DNA of 64,000 nucleotides from Perkinsus olseni (Eukaryota): NCBI GenBank assembly GCA_013115125.1, contig JABANN010000118.1, positions 1 to 64,000 of the forward strand, read 5' to 3'. Shown piece by piece: positions 1 to 14,800 of this stretch (position 1 is its first letter; each line of letters starts with the position of its first letter). The notes under the pieces were generated by a model. It saw only the letters and a program-made list of their open reading frames with translations, ran no database searches and was not told where the DNA came from. The position numbers and the translations under genes were made by a program.

Positions 1-288
1 GTCGAGTTCTAAGGGTGGCGAGCTTCCTGCTGTCTCTAGTGAACGGTTTGGTCAAGCCGGGAACACTACACTTCGGAGTCCGAAGCCTAGACCCGTCCCC
101 AGCGTCTGTCATTCACAGTGAGCTCTCGTAGGAACTGCCTGTTACCGAGAGTCCACCTTCACCGAACCCGATGCCATTCGAGGACCCAATCGTTCACCCT
201 AGATGAGATGCCGAGCAGCACCGCGACTGCCACAGCGCGGCATATGATGTGCCGCACATGGTACCAGAGCAGATGCCATCACGATTAC

Positions 289-1415
289 CGATGCACAGTC
301 CAAGACTAGTTATCAGTTTCATCTCATCGAGAGTTCCCGTGAAGCTGTGGGCCACGCCGCCGAGTCGACGCCACTTGCCCTCGTTGTTCGTCAGTATGCG
401 ACCTGTAGAGACAAATCAGTGTTATCACCAAAATATGTAGCTAAAAGCATGCTCGCTTCCGTAGAAGTCGTATCGGATAAGCTCCGCCGGTCATACAGAA
501 ATCCTCTCCGGCTTCTCGCATGTGCAAGAACATAGGCAACTGGAACTCCTCAACAAGCTGTAACTGTAGCTCGAAGTATCTGAGCACGCTAGCACTCCAG
601 AGAAATATGCTATTCAATCGGATAACACTCGCTGCGAAGGAGACGATAGCGACGGCATCGTGGCAAGCCAGTGAATCAACGGCACTATCATAGTGCCACT
701 ATGAGGCATAGATAATACAAACCTAAGTTCGTGACCCCTGTCTGACAGAGATTTTAACCTATTTCCTACTTGAGCTGGGTCTTGTAGTCGCAAAACTCCG
801 TTCTCTCCTTATCCAGCCCGATCTCGCCAATCGCTGCCACCCGGTCTGGATTCGCTGCTATTAAATCACGAAGAGCGTCAAGATGTGCTTCGGCCGTGGT
901 GCCCTCATTTTCGAATTCTCCCACCCTCGTAGGGTGGACTCCGACCGTGCAGAATCTGCCCACATGCTGGACATCCGACTCCGCCGGAACACGAATAGGT
1001 ATGTCGATTATTTCAACTCACAGCTTGCCTCCCTCAGGGTCCAGTTTCTTGCACAGCTCAACAGCTTCTATGGAGTCGCTTAGGCTCCCACCACAAACCA
1101 ACAGCTTCGTGCACCCTCCTCGGAATGCTCTCTCAACCTGAGCTTTTGAAGCGTTACCTTCCATCCGCCCCGACGGGGCGGATATACTATAGTCCGGGAC
1201 AACTATAGTCCTAACGGCGTTACAACTATAGTCGTGATTCACCCGCGTACCACGGCCTCATAGTCCGCTTCATGCTTCTGGCTGCCACCGTGATAAACAC
1301 CCTTGAACATTCCATCCGTCAGGTTAACAGCGATGTCAATATATCGCCGAGACCCTCTGGGGGTTGCCATGGACGTCAAAGACCTCACACCACCTGCCAC
1401 GGCAACCGAGGACAT
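289..1415 (-). CDS. TATDN1: TatD-family DNase (multi-exon; 3' end not identified, may continue beyond the window start)
   Basis: Exons encode YIDIAVNLTDGMFKGVYHG...KHEAD, TVGVHPTR, VAAIGEIGLD, YFELQLQLVEEFQLPMFLHMREA and GGVAHSFTGT, all typical TatD motifs. Confidence 0.88.
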
Positions 1416-1540
1416 GCAAAACAAACTACATCGTTTCTTTAACGCTTCTTCTCTATCGTACGAGAAATGGAGAGCCTTCCGTCTTTTAATCGTTCCACTT
1501 GGCGCAACAACAGATCATCCAGGGAATACAAGTCATGCCA

Positions 1541-2256
1541 TCACAGCTCCTGCAGCCACCTCCCCTTATCTATCAGGCCATCACCAAGCCTGTTAGCCCG
1601 ACCTAGCTCGAGCCACCCCAGGTAGAAGTGAATATCTTCCTTGCGCAGTAAAAGACTCTCTTCGCTTGAAGCCCTTCGGGCGAGCCCCGACGGGTCCCCC
1701 GCCGGAGGTCCCCGGGGATCCTGCGATCTTGCGACGCTCGAATTTCCTCCACTGCTTTCTCTACCACCTGCTGAGTAGCTTGCGGCCCTCAACAAGCGGC
1801 CGACACCCTCCAACGGTAAGTAATCCTCTGCCGGTCCTGGTAGGGAACGTATCCTCTCCCAGTCTCACGGGCTCCGAGACATACTACCATCGTACGAAGC
1901 ATGGTGGATAGAGTCTCTCACCAGCACCCTTAGTGCCTCGGGAGCCAACAGTCGCGCTGCAGAATCCACCACGTGTGCTACACCCGAGTCTGCCTAAACA
2001 CGATCAACTGAGCGCGGCGCCATTGTACTAGCGGCCGTAACCGTGCTGGTATCGGATGACTTCCCCCTCACCCAAAAGGGAGCACCCATATTACATCGGC
2101 CGTACCTCTTGGCAGCCTTATCCTACTGCTATTGGCAGCTCCACCACCTCTACCGGTACACAGGTTTGGGATGCTGATCCAGCTACCACTGCGATGGGCG
2201 AGAACCAATAGCCTCCGCAGGGCACTCAGATCATTATCGTCAGGATACCATGACAT
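1541..2256 (-). CDS. Hypothetical protein (spliced)
   Basis: Consecutive minus-strand ORFs (2068-2256, 1541-1813) with plausible splice sites; no recognisable family. Confidence 0.4.
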
Positions 2257-2605
2257 GGCGATTCTTCAACTACTTGGAAAACGCGAATCCTGCTTCTCTT
2301 CCTCCTACTCAGTCCGCGGCTATTAGCAGGCGGCTAATCAGCTAAGCAAGCTATTCAATCTCTAAGTGGCCGCTCGCCATTCAGCCGCACATGGCGGGCA
2401 CTTATTCCTGCCCAACTGTTGCTGACTTTCCTATACGGCTGATACCACACCTAACAAAACACACACGTCTGCACGAAACGCCTCCGTTAAAGCACACAAG
2501 GAGTAAGGGCCTCCAAGCGAGACCCTTGTCATTGAGTGGGAAGATATTCAACCGCAGGTATAATAATGAGGTCCTGGCTTTCTAACCGGGGTGCGCCCTT
2601 TTTCC

Positions 2606-4979
2606 TTAGTGCGCGTTGCGGGCGAGTTTAACCCTGACTCTGTGCCATGAATTGTTGACCAACCCTCGGACGTTCCAAATAGTTACCGGCCTTTCTGGTT
2701 GAGTATTATTGGCATCATCGATGGCTCGGACAATTATCTGACAAGAATCTTTGCTGTACGCACGGGAAGATACGCTGTGGCCCGACCTCAACCTCCTGCG
2801 TCTCCTCAGGTGGCCCTACATCGATGAGAGATGACTCAGGCCCGCCTGGCGGTATCGATACCACTGCCGACCAAAGTACCCACGACCAAGCGCGGCCGAA
2901 ACTGCGAGAAAAAATACCGCTCGTTGGGATAGAGCCCGGGGCCTTTTCCGCCTTACTCCCCTCTTCCTTCTGGATTTTCCTCCATCATCGCCGGACTCCA
3001 GTTTCTGCCTCCGTCGACAGAGACATCAACCGCTTTCACCCGACGACCACCGCCAGAGTAAGCGTAGCTACGAGGAGGGCAAACTACTCCTACCAGGCTT
3101 CGAACCCGAGACCTTACCCTTTGCATACAAACTCATTCTGCTCATCCAACGACACAGTCGCTCCTTCCACCGGATGGCAGATTGCGCTGGTCACCGGCAT
3201 AACTTGCAGGGCATCAGCATCTTCCGCACCGTCCTCGTTATGTTCCTACCAACCTTGCTTCCGCGCGCCACGAAATTAAACCGCACAGACACTGCCCACT
3301 TGTAAAAATTTATAATCGCTCTTTTGCCAAAATGAGGGACTTTCTTCCCTCTCCAAACACACTCTTGACAACCACTTGACATTCCTGAGGATATCTTCTT
3401 CCCACCCAGGTTCGATCCCCGGCAAGGGTACCTAGCTCCGGCCAATCCCGGTGCCACAACTCTAACAGGCCAGCCATGATCGACTGGCAGGGGCTCTCCG
3501 TTCATCTCAAGCGCTAGTATAACATCGCCGTTCTGACTCAATGCCTACAGCAGATCCGGTCAGGGCCGATACACTCGTAGTGACCTACCTTGGCTGCCGG
3601 TACGCTAGCGCCGTAGTTCTGCTGACCATCGCCATCTCTACCCCAGAATTGAACATGACCTTCAGAGGCCAGCTCTTCGGGTATCCTCTCATCGCCATAG
3701 ACATACTGCAGTACTTCACTCAAGCGGGGTCCCGTCCACGTGGCACTGGATATGGCACCCAGTGTCCAGTTCAGACCTGTGAGCAATCCGTGAGCATCTC
3801 ACACAATGCTAGTTCACTCACCTTTCACTGGTGGTTTTCCCTCGAGCCTTCGGTTGAACTCAGACCTCCGATTGCCCGCGCATTGAATGACGGCACTGAC
3901 GGTCCGCTGGGGGAACTTCTCTCTCAACTCATCAACGGTGAGCTCAACAGGCTCCTTCAGGCCCACACCTTCGAACCGCACCACGGGCTCTTCGGGAGGA
4001 GGAGGGACAGGAAAATGATTTCGAACGAAGAAGAGCTCGTTGGGGGTCTCGAATGAATCCACGAGGAGCTCGAGGGGCGCTTCGGCGTTGCATGGCTGCT
4101 GCGATCGGAACTGCAAGGCCTGTAAGAACCACCTGGCCGGCTCGGCGAATGGTCGGTGACGTCTTACGGGATGGCGATGATCTGGCTCAAACCGAAAAGG
4201 GTCATCGTCGCTCTTCTGAGACTGACTACTGGCTCGGGCGAAATCTTCAGGATCGAGATTGCCTAGGATCAGGCTAAGATACCATCCCCTCAGCTGAGGC
4301 TTCATCCACCTATCCTCATTGCTTCGAGCATATGGCTAATCTCTGGAAGTTGCAAATGCTGACGATAGAGTCGCCAAAAGTCGTCCACCGCCCCTCCTGA
4401 ACAACAGCAGAAATCGCAAGGCAAAGCGGACGGCTCATCGGCGACCTGCTGCCATTAGAATTTTCTCCTTCCCTCCGGGGTGCTCCTTGACGAAGCCCGT
4501 GATATCGTATACGCCCTCCTTGAAGGTCACCCAAACGCTCAGCCCCTCTTTGTTGTGCTCCGCCACCTAACCAGTCACCATCCGACGCCACACGCAGCCC
4601 ACGCCCCCCACCTCCGAGGCCTTGTAGGTCCTCAAGCCTTTAACAGGTTGACCGAAATTCGGATGGAACTTCTTCTCGTCATCAATGGTTGCCTCTTCGC
4701 AACGCGAGTGGCCTGAGCGCTGCGAATCGCAGTACAACAGGGCGGCGGAGGCGGCCGCTGCAAAGACTAACGCTGCTGACGTGCGGCGGTAAGATCCACC
4801 TGACGGAGCAGCGGTTGCAAATGTGGATCCAAGCTGGACCCTATACCATCACTCAGTTCAGCGTACGGCATGCCATCAATGATGCCGACGCCTAAGGTGC
4901 AACAAGACGGCGGCTGCTTGGAGATAGTCGAGATGGCCCGACAGATGGCCGGACGGACGAAGCCTGACCATCGGTTCAT
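2606..4979 (-). CDS. SUOX: Sulfite oxidase (cytochrome b5, Moco-binding and dimerisation domains; multi-exon)
   Basis: [21 protein letters not shown] (b5 heme motif), [79 protein letters not shown]. Start codon uncertain; the N-terminus looks like a targeting peptide. Confidence 0.93.
3068..3117 (-). other. Intron containing a tRNA-like variable loop, T-arm and B-box (sense)
   Basis: gtAAGGTCTCGGGTTCGAAGCCTGGTAGGAGTA...tag. Confidence 0.65.
3385..3431 (+). other. Intron of the minus-strand sulfite oxidase containing an antisense tRNA 3'-half
   Basis: The + strand reads CCCAGGTTCGATCCCCGGCAAGGGTA; removing the intron restores GAR-NVKWL. Confidence 0.7.
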
Positions 4980-5373
4980 GTGACGAGAGGACAACAAAAA
5001 CTGACGAGTGTCAAACAGTTGCGGCCAGATGCCCTCGAGCGACCCCAGGGACGGTGCTCCTCCAGCCCGGAGGGTACCACCGTTGGCAGAACGGTGGTAG
5101 AGAACCCTCAAGACATTGGCTATTGTCTACACCGTGGGACAACCTTCCCCTAAATCAGAAGACTGAGAGATAGTAGTTCAGACTGATACGTAGTTCCAAT
5201 GCTAACTCAAGGGCGTCATTGACTACCGAGTCGATGAGGTGGCCGTGCATGGGAGCAGAAACGCGACCAACACCACGTCCGAGAGGGAGTTGCTAGAAAC
5301 GATCACAACAGTGGCAGTAAAGCGGAGGATAACACTCCGGTACAGGAACAACGCGAGACGAGTTCTCCTTCAA

Positions 5374-6796
<1,423 letters not shown>

Positions 6797-7077
6797 TCAA
6801 CGACGGAAAAGGGCCCAGTCAGACTGTCATCGATGTACATTGATCCGAATCCGTATAGATTGGTTGCGGAATATCCTCAATAACGATCACAACCCTTGAA
6901 TCGAAAATATATCGAGAGCGTACCGCGGCACTGCACTCACGACAACAACATCATGCAGTCCGGCCGAGGCCGACAGACCTCTCCTGCCTACAGGAAAAAA
7001 CTGACGGGATACTATCGTGGAAGGACTGCCCGTCAAGAACCAGACACTAGTAGCGGGTAAGAAGTAGAAACTCATGA

Positions 7078-9519
7078 TCAGACAGCAAAATCATTGAAAC
7101 TCTCAGCCACTTGATGGCCCTCCTCCACCAGCCGTACACAATCCACCGCAGAGTTGCCCTCCCGAACGACCACAGCTGTTCGACCTGATAAGGGCAGCCA
7201 ATCTGACCACGCGCCACGAAATTCCATCATCTCACAGCCGACTGCCTTGGCTGCTCTGGCCTCCCCCGGAATGTCCGTGAAGAAAATGATATCTCTCGGA
7301 GCAGCTCCGAGCGACAGAGCGATCTGCTGGTAGGCCTCGGGGGTCTGCTTGCTGTGGCCTCCCACCGAGGTCGGGTCGAAGTAACAAGATATTAACCTGC
7401 AGGAAACCTAGCGAAATCCTCGGTACCATCCGCGTCTTACCGGGTCATATCCATGCAGGGCGTCTGCTCATCATAGCAGTACTTGTAGATAAGCTTTTGC
7501 GCCTCTCTACTTCCACTACTAAAAATCGCTATCCTCGCGCCCCTCGACTGCCACTCTTCCCAGCATGGCCGCACATCCGAGAACATCGGAGCTCGCAGCG
7601 CGCTTGTCTCGTAAGATTCCCTCCAGATAAGCCCTTGTGCTGTTTTCAGAGCTGGCTCTTTCCTATCAGCAGCAATCCACGCCTTCATCTCTGCAGCCAC
7701 CTCCTCGGATGGCTTTCCCTGCAGTTCTGCCGGCAGCAGCTTTCTCACCTACACCTCACCTGATCCTCTGACGGAGTGCCATCACCCTACCCGAGCTCCC
7801 TCCTTGTCATTCCAGTGGGAAGCAAGCCAGGAATCTATCTTGTCCCTTGCTAGGGGGAAAAGTTTGTCCTTGACAAAAGTGATGGGAGTGGTAGTACCCT
7901 CGACATCAAAGAGCAACTGAGAGATAACCGCCTGGGGCCACGGCGAAGGGGCTGTTTTCACTACAACTAGACCGACGAGGTCTCCTCTGCATATCCTCGG
8001 AATCTTCGCGGGGCGCACCAGCTTCGCCTCTTCCACTGCGTAGTGAGCTGCAGGAGGGCCAACGCAACACAAGAGCGAATCTCATCTTCCCAAACGCACA
8101 GACTAATGTCTTCACTGTAATTTCATATCAACACCGAGCTCGAGAAAAGGACCCCCTTTCTCAAGAGAAAGTTGAAGCACGCCGGCAGACGACCCCGATC
8201 CTACCGAGCCAAGTGAGACATTCCAAATGCCTCTGCGCCTCCACCCAAGACTTTCCCCACACATACAGGCCATGGTTGTCGACCAAGACTGCCGGTGGTG
8301 ATCCTCGGGTATCATCCAACACCCTGCCGAGCTCCGGGCAGAGGTCCTTCTCATGAGGTGTATTACGGATGATAGGCACCAACAAAGGCTGGCTTGTATC
8401 TGAGAGGCGAGACAGGCACTCCGTTCCCACTGCAATCGTGCACTCGGTTGCTGGCAATAGACTCTAAACTGCTCCCATCTCTTCCGTCTCACGCCCGTTT
8501 ATCACTATCTATAACACACAATCACGCTGTACATAGACTAGCCCTGGGATACTCCTCCACAAACTGCAGTATGAGCGCTGAAAATCCACTGAGTAGAGAC
8601 TCCACTCCGGGAGGTTCCGGCTTGCGAGCCTGGAGCTCTGAAAACTGTATAAGAGAATACAAATTTTTGTGTACCTCTGAAGCCTTGTGCTGTACTATCT
8701 CCTCGACCACACGCCAATAATGATCGTCCTCACAACCTCCGATCCACACCCTCCGTCTCCTTGCTCTCTACTACCCACAATGAATGGCTCTCTAAGACTC
8801 GCGGATTTCAGTGACTGTTCTTGTGCTAGTACGCTTCCCATTCTGCGAGCGATGAGGTGACTTACTGCCGTAACCGCGAATTCCCTTGAGCATTTCCTGG
8901 TCCTCCGGCGCCCTCCACTTGAGTAGGGGTGAAGCATTCGCCGAAAGTCGCCTTTCCTCGATATTGGCCGCCAAAGCCAGCGCTTCATGATGGGAGTGTA
9001 GCACGCACGTGCATTCACTCATACCAACTTTTTCGTAAATCATCTTGACAACCTCCCAAGAGTCTGTAAGCTTCCGAGGAATTTCGTCGTTTCTTGGTGG
9101 CTCCAAAACCTCGCCACTAGAAACGCACACCTGAAGGAGCCCGAATGCTCACTAACCGCGCGGTAGCTAGGGAGGGTCGCTCAGCACAAGAAAATTCGAG
9201 TGACTGCCGATCGCTGCTTGGCAGTGAATCGAACGCATATTCGGCTAGCATTGAGGGGCAGAAAGCCCAGTTCGCTCCTACCGTGCGAGGTGACTAAGAA
9301 GTCTCGGGAACTGCTCGATGCGACGATTATAGATCTCACCAGGAATAGATCTCTGCGGCCAGTGAGCTCTGCCTTGAGGTACCCGCTGGGGGTAACGAGC
9401 GCCAGATCGCCGAATCTCATGGAAGCACAGCCCGACGTCCCCTTCATATGACCGCTGGCCTCGAGATGCCGACATATCTTGGCGAGCCGATCACCGGCCA
9501 AGTCTACCTCCCTGGACAT
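7078..9519 (-). CDS. Bifunctional methylthioribulose-1-phosphate dehydratase / enolase-phosphatase E1 (MtnB-MtnC fusion; multi-exon)
   Basis: Class II aldolase part: GHMKGTSG, LVTPSG, CVLHSH, EMLKGI, VPIIRNTPHE, VLVDNHGLYVWGKSW. HAD part: LLFDVEGTTTPITFVKDKLFP, DRKEPALKTAQGLIW, IFSSGSREAQKL, IFFTDIPGEARAA. Confidence 0.88.
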
Positions 9520-11869
9520 CGGAAGTAAGCTTGGAAGTATCAAGCGAGTCCGACTATTAATGCACTGTAACGAAAGTACTAAGCGATTGCCTGGCGAAAA
9601 GAACTTCGTGAGGATTGCAATCTGCATATCTTCGACTCCCTGCTGAGCACCACAGGTCTCCCACGTGAACCAGCCATCAACTCAGCATGGCGTTGAGTAT
9701 GCAAATGGTGTAACACCACTCGTCCTGTTTTGCGCGGCTTCTCTTCATTACCTGGGTTGGGCGAGGCCACTACTGCTGCCGTTAGCCCTACCACGCAAGG
9801 CTTGTTACGACTCCTCACCTGAGCGGAAAGGGGAGAGAGATGGCGAAACCCGATGGTACTATGTGAACTGAACGTCTCCAGCTCTAAAACTCCTGGAACT
9901 TGTGCCCAGTAGGCACCTGACTTTTACCAACGAGAGTGCCACAAATCTCTACGGTAAAGTTTCGGTAAGGGCCTTCCCAGTCCCTTAATGCAACACCTAC
10001 AATGATCGTTGGCTCAACGACGTTGAGCAATCGTCTTCAGAATCACCGTAACATCACCGTTGATTCATCAACCCCCGGCAGGGGTCCCCTGCGGTGAACA
10101 ATCCCACCCGGCAATATGGCAATTGAGCGGCCTACGCGCGCTCATCACATGGCCTTTGGGCCTATCACTCAGTCGACGATGCAGTAGTAGTACTAGTCGG
10201 ACCAGCCCGACTACTAGTCTTCTTGTACGGACCAGTCAGCTTACCGGACTCAGTTGCCTCACTAGTTCGTCGCACCAGCTGCTTCCACTCAGACTGGGCT
10301 CACGTCATGTCGCCTCATAGCCAACATATCACTGATACGGGCACCGGTCTAGCAGGCCAATCTGATTACAGTCGGTATCTTCTGTCTTCGGAAGACGTGC
10401 AGCACGCCTAGGGCTTCTGCTGTCCATCTGAGCTCATCATCCCCGCTCAATTGTTCATAACCTCCTGCGCGCGCTCATCGTTCCAAGGTCGTGCAGGGAA
10501 TGATTAGCTTATCAGCATGGCCTTTGATGAAATTAAACACTCGACTAAAGTGAGCCGAGCATACATGCGTTGCAGGTGATCGCGTTCAGCTTCGAATCTC
10601 AGGTCCTGGTAGCCGCTCGACTTGTTTGGGACGCCCTTAGATTTAGCGGGATATTCCGACACCTTCATGGACCTGTAAAGCCGCGGGTATACAGCGGGTC
10701 GGTCTCAAAGCATGCCACCGTTTGCCGAGTTGAGACGGGGTCATGGTTCATGAGTAGAGCATCACAGCTGTGACGTTTCTCCACATTCCATTCGTCCACT
10801 TTCATTTTACCAGACTTCATCTTAGTGAGGCGAGTACGGCATTACAGAGTACCTTAGGTAGTCTAAAGGTAACTATCTCAGCGTGGAAGTCAACTTAGTA
10901 AAGTTACAGAGCTCGTTCGCAATTTGCGAATCGCAAACCTCTCGGGTTGGAGGTATAGCCGTCATGCCGACTGGCTCTCCGCACTGTCCGTACATTCACA
11001 CTGTGAATTTCACAGTGAGCGACTCACTAGGTTCATGAACCATGGCGCTTCCCAGAGAAGGGAGAACGCAAAACTGTACTGACACTACATACGAAGAGTT
11101 CGTTCTTATTGGAAATAAGAGTAGAATGAAGACAAGAGCAATGCGGAGAGAAAGGCCCTTAATGCTCTGTTGATACGCCTTCCCTTCACATAAGCCACGG
11201 AAAATTTCCGTCCGAAATTTCTAAACATGAATGAGAGATAATTCCTCAGTGTCACACTCTTTTCTTCGTGAGAAATTCTTCACCCGCCCAGAGAAGGAGA
11301 TGGACGTTCCGGCAGTATTTCAATGTTCTACGGTTTTGTGCGCTGTTCCCCAGCATACACAATTACCCTTCACGCCCTCATTGTCAGTGTAACCCTGATC
11401 CAGCATCCGCGAGTGGTATCCAAAGGAGAGATATCTGGCAGGCTGTCAAAGTGAACCTAAAAATGCGTCCAGTGCAACACAGTCAACGAAGTCTCGAGGC
11501 TAGGTGACCCACTGAGTGGGTCCCGTTCGCGGTGAGTGGGTGCCACTCATCGCGAACGGCAAGGAGGCAGTCTACGCTAGTTCAAACAGATTGATGGGAA
11601 GCCCATTTGTCGACGCACATTCTATAAGTGATACGCTGACCATCCCATCCAGCCGCACCTACCAAATCTTCAATTTCTTGCTTCCACTTGCATTTCCTCC
11701 ACAGCCTGCCCATGAACCCCACCTGCCAACTCAGCAGCCTTCAGTATCGGTAAAGGAAACGTACGTCAGCCATCGTGGAGGATAGACTCCACGACAGCAA
11801 AGTGAGGAACAATAAACAACCGCTACAGCTGCGACGCCGTGACGCGGACTGGTGATGACGTGGGATGGA

Positions 11870-14800
11870 TTACATCCGAGCTTTGGTACGGTGATGAGAC
11901 GGGGCGTTGGCCTTCCGTTCGCTATAGGCCTCAAGAATGTTCTTCTTACTAGCGGCATCCAGGGACTTCTTATACCGTTGCAGCGGAGCGATGACCTGAT
12001 GTGTATCTTACTATAATCAAGCTAAGATCCCTGCCAGTATTACCTCTCCAACCCTTGTGATGATTCTAGGCTGGATGAGCCTCTCGTGAGCCTGAGCCGA
12101 GTGCCACTCGGGACCCAATGGCCGAGACATCTCCCTCTCATACGCTGCTGTCTTGCCGCCGATTGATCGAGGAACCTGCCAGGCACGCCGTGACCCAACT
12201 ACGTGGTCACTCCATCTTTACTTGAGAGAGCTGATATTTCTTGGCAGCCTTCTTGCTGACCGCTTCCTCGTTCACCATCACATCGGTGAAGCGTCTCCTC
12301 TTCTTCCCTGCGGCCTTTTTACCGTCATCCTTAGGCTTCTCTACCACACCTACCACATCAAACCCATCAAACAAGCAACACACGCAGTTCGTTACTTACC
12401 CGCGCCAGTCCATCCGCTACCCCACCCCGGCAGCTCCTTGGCCCCGAGAGCCTCCTCCTCAGCCAGCCTCTCAGCCTCATCCTTCGCCTCCAACTCCTCG
12501 ACCCATTCCCGTGCGTACGACGATTCCGCTCCTCCCTTAATGCCGAAAGCACTACGAACCAAATCTTGCTGAGTCTCCTCCTCGCCCTCGGACTCCGAAG
12601 AAGCCGACACTCCCTCCTCATCCTCTGCCTGAGCCTGCACAGGCTCCTTATGGGCCATCTTCTTAGCGGCCTTCTTGGACGGCCCGGCCTTCGGGACAGT
12701 AGGGGGTGGAGTGGCAGCGGGCACTTCTAGCTGTACGGCGGTTCCACCAGCACTAGGGCCCTCCAGTAAATCCTCGGCCTCAGCAGCTAGCTTCTCAGAC
12801 TCCCCAGCTGGAATAAAGGGTGTGGGTGAGGGCCTGTACGGAACAGAGCAAGTGGGTTGCCACCATCTCCCCCTCCAACTGCCACTCACTCTTCCTCTTC
12901 CGTTTCACTATCCTCTTCCTCGGCCATCTCCTTTCCATCCTCCCCACTAGCAGCCACAGCAGCCTGCTTCTCCCACTCAGTGAGCTCCTCAAGAACCTAC
13001 CAAACTTCCTCCTCAACTTGCATCCCCAGCCCGGTATTACATCCTCAGCTTGCCTCCGAGCCTCCTCTCTCTTTCTCTCTACTCCCCTCTGCATGAACTT
13101 CATCCCCAAAAGGCCTCCCTTACCAGCAGCTTCATCCGTCGCCGCGGCATCTACAACAGCACTCGGCCCCCCAAGGCATTCAGAGTAGCCCCTCCCGTCC
13201 GACCTTCCCCCCTGAGGATCGCCTCTGCCTGCTTTTTAGCCTGGCTCACTGCGGCCTTCACCGGGTCCTCCTCGATGTCACTCGAAGCCACCTCAGAGTC
13301 TACCGAATACCACAACTCTGCACCCCCGCACGCTCGTAAGCTTTCCCCACCTTCATCCTCTGAATCGTCAGAGTCTTCTTGGCCCTGCCTCTTGCCCTTA
13401 ATTGCCCTCTCGAGCTCCTTCCGGGCGTCCGAAGCCGCCTGGGCTTGGCGGGACACCTCGTTCCTCATGTCAGATCCACCAAACCTAGAACAGCCGAAGA
13501 TATCCCCACAACACACTGTGCCTGTTACTGACCTCTGAGCCGCCTTGGCCCACTTCTTCCGAGCCATCGACTGCCTCTGCAACCGAACCTGATTTGCACT
13601 TTTTCCATCAGTTCATTCACCCACCATTCCCCCTGACCTTCGACAGCTTCTTCTCCAATTCCTCTCTCAATTTGGCAGCTTCCTCGGGATTAGATGCCTC
13701 CAACTTCTCCAAAAGCCTGGCAGCAGCACTACTCTCTCCCCACCAGGCTCGCCCTGACTCTTACTTTTCCTGCTCCCTCTCGCGGCTCTTCTTCTGCAAC
13801 TTATGCCAAGTTTTGCTCTTGATCTTATTCAGCCGAGCATTCTTCCTCTGCTCCTGGAACATTAGCCTCTTCAGCCTGGCCACAGTATTCCTCTCCTCAG
13901 CCTTCTTCAACTCCGCCTCCCGACCTGCCATCACAGCTCCTCCCTTCCCCCACCACTCCCCTTCAACCCACCAAAGGGCAACTGATGGCCATCCTCAGCA
14001 GTCTGCTTATCACCGCTCGCGAAGACGTTGCTCTCCTTCACAGCAGCCGCTATTGCTCTCTCCAACTCGTTCTCTACACAGGAACACAATCACTCCCACC
14101 CTACGAGAAAGCCTTCCTCGTCCTCACCTGGCTGGAAGGTCGAAGACAGCACCGCTGTATTGGAGATCTGCGTCGCTCCCAACTTAGCCCTCTGCTCTCC
14201 AGCTATGTCTATCACAGCGGCATTGTTAGCAGCATGCACAGCCGGCATCCACTCCTTCTCAGCCGTGCTCTTCGCGCTGTCGTAGCGGACTTCTCGATCG
14301 GCTCGACGCCTCACGGACTCCGGAAGGTTGTCGTTCTCATCGACCCCGGCCGTAGAGGAGGTCACCAGACCGAGCTGCTTCCGCAGCTTACTCGATGATG
14401 GAGCTGAGGATCCGGTAATAACTTTTCTCCCGTCAGCGACGCGCGTACCTTTTTCTCCCTTCTGTTCTTCCTTCCCCTTATCATCCTCGGCCATCTTGAG
14501 GAGCTCGCCAAGGAGGTTCCCTCCTCCCTCAGCCTCCATCCCCGTGGCAGCTGCCGACCCTTCAGGCAGGAACCCAGAGGAATCCATGAAATCAAACTTC
14601 CTCGAAGACCTGAAAGCCGGAAAAATTTCGCCGTGACGCGATTCTGCGGCAGCTGATCATACTGCCGGGTAAGGCGGCTGAGCACCAGACACTCGCTCCC
14701 GTTGAATACTACTTCCCCTCCTCTGCTTTGCCGCCTGTGACTTCCTTCACATCCTTCTTCCCGAGTTGGTCGATGCTTTTCATGAAGGCCGCCTCCGCCT

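Noticed and set aside
10009-10018. TTGGCTCAA, resembling the 3' end of the dinoflagellate/perkinsid spliced leader
   Set aside because: Only 9 nt match and the CCGTAGCCAT part is absent; explained by chance and by the local palindrome
9900-11800. Short ORFs in the region between the MtnBC fusion and Utp14
   Set aside because: No recognisable motifs, codon bias or consistent exon chain; treated as intergenic
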